This document shows positions 23,113-34,907 of a stretch of 64,000 bases of DNA, one piece after another; within the stretch, counting starts at the first letter, position 1; every line of letters starts with the position of its first letter. Both the position numbers and the translations under genes were made by a program. The notes below the pieces were generated by a model, which was not told the DNA's origin, ran no database searches, and saw nothing but the letters and a program-made list of their open reading frames with translations. This DNA comes from Podarcis bocagei (Eukaryota). The DNA lies in NCBI GenBank assembly GCA_964188305.1, contig OZ076888.1. The stretch is one strand, 5' to 3'.

Positions 23113-25213
23113 CTGGGCAGGTATTTTTTCACAAGGGCCAACATGCTAAAATCCAGCATTGCCTGAGCTCTGCAAGTGCAGCTTTCTCCCAATTGAAGTG
23201 CAGAGTGTTTGAGGACCAAGACATTTGCAGGGAAACCAAAATGTTTGTTTACAAAGCTATTGTACTGCCAACTTCACTGTACGCTTGTGGAACATGGACC
23301 ACTTATAAACGCTGTCTCCAACTCCTCGAAAGATTCCATCAACAGTGTCTCCAAAAATTTTTACACATCACTTAGGAAGACAGGTGAACTAATGTCAGTG
23401 TACTGGAAGAAGCAAAGAGCACCAGTGTCAAAGCAATGTTTCTTCAACATAAACTTTGTTGGACTGGTCCTGTTGTTCAGATGCCTGATTATCCTTTTCC
23501 AAAGCAACTACTCTATTCCCAACTGAAGAATGGAAAATGAAACACTGGTGGACAACAAAAGAGGTTTAAAGATGCACTCAAGGCAAATATTTAAAAATGT
23601 AACATAAGCACTGATAACTGAGAAACTCTGACCTGCGAGCACTCCAATTGCAGAACAGCCTTTACCAAAGGTGTCATGGACTTTTAAGAAGCATGAACTC
23701 AGAGTGAAAAGGAGAAATGTGCTAAGAGGAATGCACATTTGGCAAACCCTCACCGTGATCAACTGCCGCCCAGAAATTTATGTCCCCACTGTGGAAGGAC
23801 GTATGGATCCAGAATTGGCCTCCACAATCACAGACTCACCGTTAAGACCGTGTTCATGGAAGACAATCTTACTCAGCTATGAGTAAAGATGGCCAAAGAT
23901 GCCCACCATACGTCCCAATTGTCTCGATATTGTAGCATTGCCCCTGGAATTTCTCATTGGGAATTTCTCAAATGGGGAAGGGGTATTTTATATTATTTTG
24001 ATTCCATACACCCACACCATCCCTAGCAATAGCTATTTCAGCTGCTCAGCCATTCCCATCTGTTACTTTCATTTTACAATGGGAGAGAAGAGTCTAAATA
24101 ACCAAGACAGCAAATGAAATTAGAGTGCTGAAAAGGTCAAAGCCTCACACTGCAAGACAATAATTTGCAAAATCCATGAGGCACTCTAGCTCTAATATAT
24201 CACTTTTGCATCAGAAACTGCAAAGAGCATTACAAATTACAAAAAAGGGGGGGAATAATCTGCAGTGGTTGAGATGAGAATGGTAAGAAGGCAAAACTGT
24301 GAAATTGCTCCTGACAACTTAGGGTATGATTCAACCAAAATGAAGCATTTCTGAGTCCCATCGATTTCATTAGGAGCCATATGTCATAAGTTTACGGTAC
24401 ATCTCTCCCATTGGAATGAATGGATCATTAAGTGGTTTAACTTTGTCCATGCCGAATCATTTGATCATGCCAATAATTTGGTGCTATCAGGAATAAATTA
24501 TATTCCTGGAGCTGTTAAATGTTTCACGTGTTAAGGATTATTGCACCTCTTCCTGTGTTAGCTGCTAATAGATACAGTACATTGGAAGCACTCAAAGAAG
24601 GCCACATATAAAATTATTGTTGCTATATATGCATATGATAGAGCAATTTTAGCTTGTGTTTAAAGGAGCAGTGGTAGATAAAATATCAGATGTTGAACTA
24701 GGATAAGAGTCACTATTTCACTGACCCAGTTCACATGAAACACTAAGTCAAACCATGCAAGGGTGTTGTTTCCCAAGGAGGAAATTATAGCTATTTTGCT
24801 CTTCCTCTGGTACAGTTGCTATTTAGGGCTAAGCCTTGGTTCAGTTTGTCACAGAGGTGGGGAACAGGTTCCAGACAGAACACTGGTTCCTGAGCTCTCC
24901 CACCTGCTATGGGCCACTTTAACATATGAATGGGGTTGTCTAAGTCCAGCTCAAAACATTTTGGCATATGAGGTGAGCCACAGAATGGTGCCCTCCAACA
25001 CAGAATAAGAGGTGAGAAGATCTACATCAAGAATATAGGGGAAATAATGATCTGCATTGGGAACAAGAGTGAGAAGAGACCAGTAGTGCACCCTATTTCC
25101 TAAGAGGTTGCTGTAGAATTTGCCTTGGGGTGGGGCAGTTCCGGCCTCCAAGGAGACTGCTGCAGCTGTTGCTGCCACTGCAGAAGCAACAACAGGTGAT
25201 GCATTCCTTGGAT

Positions 25214-25351
25214 TAGCCTTTCTCAACCTGTGGGTCCCCAGATGTTGTTGAACTACAACTCCCATCACCCCTAGCTAGAAAGGCCAGAGCTCAGGGATGA
25301 TGGGAGTTGTAGTCCAACAACATCTGGGGACCCACAGGTTGAGAACCGCTG
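25214..25351. mobile_element. Foldback hAT MITE with a SPIN-like terminus
   Basis: Near-perfect ~55-bp inverted arms; right end reverse complement cagcggttctcaacctgtgggtc; 8-bp TSD ccttggat/ccttggag. Confidence 0.85.
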
Positions 25352-26923
25352 CCTTGGAGGCTGAATCTGCTACCTTAAGATGTCACCTCACCTTGTCTCA
25401 TGGGTGGGCAGCCCTGGGACTGCCTACCTGTCAACCACCTGTCAACACCATGACATCAGGTGACACAATACTCTTCAGGTGCTCTGAGGATCTCCCCTCC
25501 CCCCCTTTCTTCCACTGCAGCCTGGGGGCTTCAATTCAAGCTGTTGCTTCATATGAAAAAAGGCCTTTTCAGACTGGCTTGGACAGCAAAAAACCATCCC
25601 TGGAGCCAGACCTAACAGGGCTGTAGTTATCACCAATCAGTTGCAACCCCTTCTATTCGCAAGAATACGCTGCACTCAAGTTCCCCATTAGGAACTCCAG
25701 AATGCAGTCAGTCCCAGTGGGATCCAGTTCATAGCAGTCACCCAATCAGCACTTATTGTAACACCTACTTTAGGAGGCAAACATCCTGAAATGTTTTCCT
25801 ATTTCCTTTAGTGTATTATATGATGAGCGACAGGCATTAATGATAAGTTAAGATGATTAGTCAGGCTGTTCACTTAGCAAGAGCCTTACAAGTGTCAAGT
25901 ACATGCAAGCTGCTACAAAAAGAATGCTTAAGTAAGAGTGCAAAGACCTCTGGGATAAAAGTGAATATATTTTTCTCTCATATCCATGACAACTTATTAG
26001 GAAGAAAGTCCTGTTAAATTAAACACAACTTACTTCTGAATAAACATCCTTGGTATTTCACTGTACAACTCATATTTCAAAAACTTAAAGAATAAATCCC
26101 TGTTAGCTCTTCCTCTTGGTTAGTATATGAACTTGATGGACAGCTCTTGACCCCACATCTTTTATATGTTCACCCTTTTGGACTCTTAAGAAAAAAAGGA
26201 AATAATCTCTCCTGGCCTTTTATGCCTGTTGCAATCCGCTGACTGCTCAACCTCTATTGTCAGTTTTCAGCTCTTCTAGGACTTAACAGGAAATTTCTGT
26301 GTCTCTTCGTTCATTCTTCAGAAAGAGCCAAATGTCAGCTGAAATGGACTAACATTAACATACAGCAATATCTAACCTCTCAGGTGTGAATATTCATGTC
26401 TTATGACCAATTACCAAGGCCTAATTAGAAAAAAAGGATTTCTCATTGGCTAAAGGATCCATAATCGTGGCTAACAAAGAAAATACATTATCTTACTGAA
26501 ACCATGCCATATGGGCTCTGTCATTTTACCATGCATGCTTTTTCTTCATTAAAAAAACAACAACAACCAGGAGGAAAGAAAGATTGTGTTTTGTAAGGTC
26601 ACATTCCACAGGCGGTTGCTCGAATTATATATTCCTGCCTGGTTCTATTCAAGCAATAAATATTTCTGTAATTGAAATTGTAAGCTTTCAGCAGTACCCT
26701 GCTCTTCAGCTAACCTAATGCGCAAGTTCACAAAATGTGTTAAGATTATTTATTCAATATTACAGTATCAACAGCAAAACAGATATTCTTCCCATAATTC
26801 CATGATAGAGCTACAAGTGGATGTGCAGCAAAATGTTGCAGAGTGAAGCACTCCTTTTCAGTCTCCCAGCAAGTTCAAAAGGTTTGATTTGCATAATGTG
26901 TCTACATGACTGCTTAGCTAAGA

Positions 26924-26989
26924 CTATGTTTCAATCTTTTTGCAGATATTAGAATTCCAGTTTTTGTGAGTTCTAATATAAAACCATAG
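26924..26989. repeat. Hairpin micro-element, copy 2
   Basis: tttttgcagatattagaattccag..tgtgagttctaatataaaa nearly identical to 23066-23111; outer ends ctatgttt/aaaccatag. Confidence 0.75.
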
Positions 26990-27010
26990 AACATAAACGA
27001 GAAAGCATAT

Positions 27011-27155
27011 TAGAATCATAAAATTGTAGTGCTGGAAAGGAACATAAGGGTCATCTAAGTCCAACCCGTTTCAGTGCAGGAAACTTTTGCCCAAGATGAG
27101 GCTCAAACCCACAACCCTGATATTAACAGTCTCATGCCCTTCCGACTGAGCCATC
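27011..27155 (-). mobile_element. tRNA-Lys-derived SINE with CR1-type 3' tail
   Basis: Reverse complement gctcagtcggaagggcatgagactgttaatatcagggttgtgggtttgagcc resembles tRNA-Lys(CTT); tail ttggacttagatgaccc...attttatgattcta. Confidence 0.8.
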
Positions 27156-30100
27156 TTAGCAATCATCTACCTTTATTGTTATGAAGGTGTTGATATGTGA
27201 TATTCTCAGGTATGATCTCTCCCCAGAGTTTACCATATACCAGCTGGGCCGGCCACCTATCAATCATTTGACACCACCTGGCATTTGTTAATTCAACATC
27301 AAATGCACCTAAAGTGTGCTCTCAATTATTTTATTCTTCATTTACAGAAGTAACTCGTTCAAGCTGTATTGCTATCTCATCTACATTTGAGGAAGCCCAA
27401 GCAGCCCTGCTATTTATGGGGATTTTTCAAGAAGCACCATTCCTCCTCCTCCTCACCCTGCTGAAAATCCCATCCCATCTGTGTGCTCTGTACCTGTCAA
27501 TGAACCACGGGAGTGGCAAGACTGAAGTGCAGAAAGACAGCCCGCTCAAGAATCCAATGGAGCAAATTAACCAAGGGCAGAATTGAAGAAGTTACAGAGA
27601 AACACAGAGAACTGCAGCAGAGAGAAAAAAATGAAGAGAAACTGGGGCCAAGGGAGCAAGAATTAGATGTAGACCAAAGTCAAAGAGTTTAAAATGGCCA
27701 CAAATAAGAACTTGGCATAGGGCAAGGGTCAAGTCATCAACCCAATAGCTGATTAGTACCACGATCCAGTTCATGGGGTGATAGAAAGTTCATATTGTGA
27801 TCCATTCCTCAAACATGGCAGAAGCACCAGCCCCACATCTCTTAATGTCTCTGGCTAATATATCCTGAAGTCACAGGAAACTAGGTTTCTGTTTCTAGGA
27901 GTTTCCACCTTCTCTGGCTAGCATTGGTTTGTGGACTTTGATGTCACAGATGGCTGGAAGCTCTGTGGTAAGGAGAAGTGGTAATACCTTTGATGACATT
28001 CCTATGAATCTTAGCTTCAGTGCCAAATTTTAACTACCCACAATAAAAAAATAAAATAGAGCCATGAAAACTGTTCATATCTTGCTGAAAACCCCAGCCA
28101 AGTTTCCCCTCTCCTTGTTTTGTTTTACGGTTCAATGGTGATTTCTCAAACCAATCCCTCAAACTGCAACACCCATTTTCATGCACAGCAAACACATGCA
28201 CAGTTTACATGAGGGCAATTGGGCAGCCCACATTCTAAAAAGTCTGACTCTCTAAACTGCTACAAGACAACCTGCGATGAGCTTTTAAAATACCTTCTGC
28301 TAAATGGAAGGATGAGCACAGATCACTGATACATTATGTATGGTAATGCCCCAGGAACCTCATTACAGAATAAAGGTAGCAAGTAGTTCAGTAGAATACT
28401 AAGGAATCTTAAATCCAGCCTTATTGCTTGCGGGAGACACCTCTTACTAGGGTGAACAATCTTCCCACACCATTAAATTTATACTTCTGCCATTCTTTCA
28501 AGAAAAGTGTTCTCATGGTTTGATTAAGCCTTCTCCACCTACTCCATCTCTATGTATATAATCTTTGCTCATATTTTCTTCTCAGAGAGACAACAGCTTT
28601 GGTGCACTCGGGGAGACACTAAAATGATTTTCTAGGACTCCCAAATCAATTTCTCCTCTTGTGGTCTGTCAGAAACCTCCCACAAACAGGTGATCTTTAA
28701 TAGTAGCTGTGATTTTCATTCTTTTTCTTAAAAAGCAGCAAGTGAAATGTCCTTGAAAAACTCCTTGTGGGATCATTCTTTGTGCTGCTTCAGAATAGTT
28801 TTGGTAGATGTCACACAACTTCCCAGAAACTGCAAGGTTTACTTTAAAGAGCATATCCCTCCTTGCATGTTTTTATTTGGTATGTGCTACAAGTACATGC
28901 TGGAAAAGTATGTACAGGGGCCACTCAGAAACATCCAAATGAGGATGTACTGCTGCAAATAGAGAACATGTACATTTAGGCAACAGCAACTCGGTGGCTA
29001 TTGAGACTGTCCCATAGATCCCCCAAATAGTGCCCCCCCACTTATCATGGTGCTGTTTAAATGTTCATCATCATGCTATTAAAATATACACGGGGAAAAT
29101 TATACCTGTGTGTGTGAAACATGTCCTTACAAGATTGGAAAATGCCAGATACCGACAATACTTGGCAGCTCACAAGAGTAACTGCACTCTAGAGGTAGCG
29201 ATGGAGGATAGACTACCAGGACTGTGGGAATCTTTAATAGAGAATATATTTTCCCTTCACACTTACCTATCCCTGAAAGACCATGGTTTTGCAGAAATAC
29301 AATACTGTCCATGGCAGGCAGGTATCATTTTTATCTGGTCTGTCCCTAAAGGATTTCCTATGGATCTGTCCACGTTGAAGAGAGCTAATGAAGTGCCTTC
29401 AACTCAGACTTCACTTGATTTAGTTTTCTTGTTCCTGCTCCTCAGTTATAATGGTATCCCTCTAAAATACAAATTTATGTGTCTGTGTTTTCCTTATACA
29501 TTCACAGCAAGTGAACTGAGTGAATCCTTTGAACGGAGATCTGCAAGACTGACATTGCTCTTTCTACAACAGGAAAACAGAGACAGGTCTGAGTGGCTTC
29601 TTACCAAATATAAATTTCTTTTTCCCACTTGAGGAGGCAAAACGGAAAGCATGTTACTCCCCAATATGTTTTATAAAACTTTTTATCCATGCCATGTTCC
29701 CTGGTGTCTCTGGAGAGAGTGCAATGAATACCTGCGTGTCATTCTTTTCTGACTGAGAATTTATCCAAGTCTACAGCGGAAAGAAATAATGGTAGACAGA
29801 CAGATAAACTGTGTGTGTTAGGACAAGACAAGACTGGATATATATAGGTGAACTACCACTGAGCATTCATCAGAGGAAGGGAAGTAGATGACCTCCAACT
29901 GTACTTCCATCTCCCGCTGGCCAATTCCACTACCAGCTGCCTAGGAATGACTCCAATGGCATTTTAGATGTTGATAATGTTTATTGTGGGGTGCTTTTGT
30001 TTTGAAATAGTTTAATGTTTCTTTTAAGCCACTTTGGTAGCATATAATAATAAATAAATTATAATAATTATGCCAAGTCAGACTAGCTCACCTAGTCACC

Positions 30101-30297
30101 TAGCTCAGTATTGTGTATTCTGACTGGAAGCAGGTCTTCAGGGTTTCAGACAGCCCCTGCCCCGGCCCTGTTCATCACATTCACAATCTCATTTGGCCCA
30201 TAGAGCTTCCTTCAGTTCCTACACCAAAAGGCCTTTTTGTAAAGAGCCCAGCAAGGATCACAGGATACTTCTAATGAGAGTATTTGTGTCCAACAAA

Positions 30298-31087
30298 GCG
30301 TGTTCTCCTTCATGGAGAGCATGTGTTGCAGTGGGGTCTGCTGAGCCACCCCTCTGTTACCAGGCAGGGTCTCTAAAGATGGCCTGGGGCAGTGATTGCT
30401 GGGGTAAAAGTTATGTTGCAATTTTGGTGGGAGGGGTAAAATGTTTAAATACTCTGCACGCAGCCTGGAGCTTTCTCTTTGCTGCGTGCAACAGATCACC
30501 CGCCCACCCGCCCTTGAGTAAGGGGTTGTTGCATTGACCTTGCTATGCCTGTCATGGGGTCGTCTGCCGTTGGGGCAGGGGCCTGGTAGGAATTTTGTCT
30601 ATCTGGCTGATTGGCTGGGCCATTTGGTTTTTGCCTACTGCGTAGCAAATCGTCACAACTTGTAAGGTTAGGCATTGGTTATAAATTGGTGGAGGAGGGG
30701 TTAGGATAGGCTGGGCCTGCCCCTCCATGGTTGCTGCGGAAAGGGAATTCCGTTAAAGGAACCCTGGGGCTTGCCATCTTTTCGTCCAATCCCTGGAATG
30801 GGACTAGGGCCGGCAAGCCTTCGGGGAGCATGCGGATGAGAATTGAGGGTCTGTGACTCAGCTCCATTTCTCCCCGACTTGCTTTCCCCCGCACTGTCTT
30901 TCGGTGGTGCCCGGAAGTCAGTTCTTTCCCCAGGCGGGGGGACAGATAGTCTTAACCAATGCCTAAACAACCACTCACAGTTTTGTATTTAAATAAAGTT
31001 GTGGCCAAAATTATGCCAAAAACCTTAAACAAAAATTAAGTGTGTGTTGTGAGTTATTTGGGGGGTGGCTTGGGGACCTCGACACGC
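30298..31087 (+). mobile_element. LTR-like repeat 'family A', copy 3
   Basis: gcgtgtt...gacacgc inverted ends; TATA-like tttaaata at ~30444; AATAAA at ~30992; no TSD; collinear with copy 2. Confidence 0.9.
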
Positions 31088-31672
31088 AATAAGCATTTCT
31101 GCTAACAAAGAAACCCTGCAAACTCTCCATAAGGTCAAATTAGCAGTCTTGTAAAATATAGCAGCTGTTCTCAAGCTAAAAGAATAGCAGTCACCCTGGG
31201 AGTACTGCAGGAAAATTCCTCCACAGGCCTTGTGCACATCTAAAGTATAAACATGCAGTCCCTGTGAAACAATAGAACGTTCCATCACCTTGCTTCACAG
31301 CAGTAACAGTGGCGCTTTCCTGACTCAAAGGACCATAATGTCAAGAACAATTACTAGCATCTTTCTATGTCAAACTAATGACAATTCATAAAAGTGGAGT
31401 TTCCATTTTATTTTGTTTCATGGCCTCTAATCTCCTTTTTAATAGCTCTCTCTTGACCACAAGTTTATCCTGTTCAGGAGGTATTTAATTATCTGTTTAG
31501 AAATCAACTATTTGCTTGAGTGACCAGAATGGTTCCTGTTAATAGGACAAATAGATAAACAGAGAGCTAATGCCTTGTTGTTTTCTTTCTTCCAAGTTGA
31601 TTTTTATGTTGGGCAAAGCCACATGTGGCCCTTTGTTTAATTGGCAAAGAGGCAAAAGAAGAAAAAGAAATA

Positions 31673-31898
31673 CAGTGGTACCTCAGGTTAAGTACTTAAT
31701 TCGTTCCGGAGGTCTGTTCTTAACCTGAAACTGCTCTTAACCTGAGGTACCACTTTAGCTAATGGGGCCTCCCACTGCCACTGTGCTGCCAGAGCACGAT
31801 TTCTGTTCTCATCCTGAAGCAAATTTATTAACCTAAAGCACTATTTCTGGGTTAGCGGAGTCTGTAACCTGAAGCGTATGTAACCTGAGGTACCACTG
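31673..31898. mobile_element. Tigger/pogo-like MITE, family C
   Basis: TA TSD; TIR cagtggtacctcaggtta/taacctgaggtaccactg. Confidence 0.92.
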
Positions 31899-34864
31899 TA
31901 GTAGAGAGATGGCAAGGATGCTATGAACAGGGAAAAACGGAGTAGCATAAAGAGAGACAAGGAGGAAAGGCGTGACTGAAAGAGAGAGAAAAGGGTGTGG
32001 TCCCACAGAACCATTGGATCCACCCAACCCATTTTCTGCTCTGGGTTCTTTTGACTACAGCCCCATCTACTGCTGGTAGGCAACCCCTGACTGATTTCTC
32101 CTTACCCTTACTTCCAGAATGCAGCCTTCACAAGAAAAAAGGTTGTCCAATCCATATCTAGATTTCAAATACCTTCAATTCCAATCCATCTTTAGTTGTT
32201 CTTATCCTGACTTTCTCAATGGGTTTCTCCTGTTGGCTGCCATTTTATTATCCACAGTGCCCCAGACTTTGCATCATTCCAGGGCACTGTGAGTAGCTAA
32301 AATCTTTTGGATTTGTTTGGGCTGCGGTTTGGATATTTGGGCTGCAACTGATGGCTGTGTTTTTAATCTGCTCTTTTTATTGATGATTGTATTGGCCTAT
32401 TTATTTTCTTTTGTTTTCAGTTCCATTTTTCTGTCCCACTCTGATATCATGTAGTGATGAAAGGCAAGTTTTTTTAATAAAAAAATCTGCCAGGAGAAGA
32501 AGTAGCTCTGCAGTTAACAACAAAATCAGTACAAGGAGTAAGAAAAAACACCAACAAAAACCACAAATGTGAGTAATAAAAGGAATATGATTTCTGTGAA
32601 GTATTAGTCGAATGAATGAGGGGTCTAGTAATGAAAACAAATTGAAAACCAAAAGAAAAAAATTGTTCGTGTACATCTCTAATATCCTGTTCCTCTATTT
32701 ACAAAATAATGTAATCAGGCTGAAAAAATCACATTAAATACACTTTGTGAAAAGATTAGCTTTATCGCTTAGGGCTTATAGTATGGATCCTGATGTTAGC
32801 AATAAAGAATAGTTCTTAAGCACATTTTGAAGAATTTCCTCCCTTGTTTTCAGGGTAAAGAAAACAAATAGGTTTAGCAAGGAGCCTTTATTTCCTTCCT
32901 TTTGGATGCTTTAATCAAACTCCTAAATTACCTGAGCACCATTGTTGTGACTAAACAGCTGAATAAGAGCCCAGAATGAACACAAGAAACATCAAGAGCA
33001 CATCTTTTGGAAAGCAAAATATTACTTTCATTTAAGAGAATCCATTCCAATTATACTATTTAAAGACTTTCCCTCTAGCAACAATTTCATCCACTTAAGG
33101 AAGCTCCCATGCAATATTAAAGTCATCCTTAGCCCATGAGAGGACATTTTCACAAGGTCAGGTTGAAGAGCTATCAGTGCTTGTTAACAGATACTATTGT
33201 TTATTCATCCTTTAATCAGTTGAGCAAATAGTCAATGCACCACCTTTAAGCAGGTGTGGAAGGTTATCTCTTCCTGCAGTCAACTCCTGAGTGATGGGTT
33301 TCGGTTTTCTTTTCTTTTTTCTTTAAAGTAGGGAAGGAGATAAAAGGAATAGGGAATAAAGTAAAGCTGAACTTCCCAAAGTGGAGGTGAGTTTTCAAAG
33401 TAATCCTGTAAAACAAAACAAAGCAAAAAAACTATTTTCTGCTTTCCCAACTCATAGGTTCTTAGGGTTTGCATTAAAAATGATATTGATTTTTACCCAT
33501 AAAGGAACAAAAAGTGTATTCTAGTCATGTTGTAACATCAGCTTAGGTTCAATTGAAAAAAGTTATATGTGGCAAACCTGGATTTATCCTTTTCAGTGCG
33601 ACGTTCACAGCACAAAACTGCCACATAGGAATGTGGGAAAATACAACAGATTACTGTGGTTTTCAGGCACAGAAGCTATGTGCTGTTATTCATTGTGCAC
33701 TGTTATATTTTTTCTGATTCTGATTTCTTTTACATTTTAATCATATATGTTATTTGCATTTCAGCGTACTGTAATTATTTGAGTGAAGCTACTTTATGGT
33801 GAAGAGTATGACAGAACTCTTTAAAATGAATGCACATGCACAGCATTTTATAGTCTTTCTTTCATTTCCTACCAGGTACACAACTTAAGATGGTAAAACT
33901 TGTCTAATTCCTGAGTGGGAGATGCTTCGCTCAGCTGAGAACTCAGCCCTGGTTTCCCAGGAAAGTAAACCGATTAAAAATATTCAAAAGAACACTACAC
34001 TGTTGGTTAGTTTGAATTATGACGATAACATACTTTCTTCTATGCTTTCTGTTTTACTCCTCTGTTTGATTTTAGGTTGAGATTGAAATTGTATTCCAAA
34101 AATTCATAATGCAGTCAGCTTTGAATAAATTGCATAGTACGCAGCAGCTTAAGCCATTTATGATCCAAGTTCAAGTGAATATTTATGTCTTTTTATTCAA
34201 CAAGAATATATCATATTCCATTTTAGAATTTAGCTTGATGTTGGATCTTCTTTGTCAATGAGTGATGTTAATAGTGTCTATTATCTTTCTTCACTTTCCA
34301 TTTTCTCTTCTTGAAGTGTGTTTTGATACAGCTACTGTACCAAGAAATTTGGCATTTGAATAATGGTGCTCATGGAAGAGATCAGCTTCTGATATGCCAT
34401 TTTTAAAATTTCTTTGCAGGACCACAACAAACATAGATACAGACAAGAGTAATAATAAAAGTAGAAGAAAAAAGAAAAGAAAAGGGAAAGGGAAACCAAC
34501 ACAATGACCAAAAAAATCCTGCCAGGTCACATGAGAATACAGTAACCATCAGTAGTGCCACCTAAAATTAAACATGTAAGTCGAGGTAAGCTCTCCAAAC
34601 AGGTATTCACACAAGATTATCATTTATAGAAAATATGTTTAAATGTAGCAAAGGCAGTGAGGTCCTCAAACCATTGCATAATAGACTGTTTGTGTTCATC
34701 CAGTATTGAAGTATAAGCCTCTTTGCAACCACAAGGGCCTGAAAAATTCACTTTTGTTGTCCTGCTGTTAGCCCACATATTGCAGGAATATAATTTAAAA
34801 GTACATGAACACCTGCAAATATCAAAGATTTTCCAGTAGAATGTAGGCATAGATAACAACCACA

Positions 34865-34867
<3 letters not shown>

Positions 34868-34903
<36 letters not shown>
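34868..34903. repeat. (CT)n microsatellite
   Basis: Seen directly. Confidence 0.95.

Positions 34904-34907
<4 letters not shown>

Larger units (their letters stand above)
22560..23895 (+). mobile_element. RTE LINE 3' ~1 kb (decayed RT/C-terminus) with nested inserts
   Basis: SEDDLQTI.NIFA, HFSYLG, LSSASAAFSQLKCRVF, TKMFVYKAIVLPTSLYACGTWT, LERFHQQCLQKFLHI, GGQQKRFKDALKAN, SRIGLHNH. Confidence 0.9.

Noticed and set aside
27060-27155. tRNA-Lys gene (also ~37313-37362 and other tRNA-like heads)
   Set aside because: Mutated stems and anticodon arm, fused to a CR1-type tail: these are SINE heads, not tRNA genes
27325-27600. Strong splice-acceptor-like tract followed by an open frame (similar acceptors at ~7479, ~37854, ~46762, ~51516)
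   Set aside because: No convincing paired donor, consistent frame or recognisable protein, so I cannot call exons
29030-29632. 200-aa ORF
   Set aside because: GTG start, no recognisable domain or splice structure, random-looking composition
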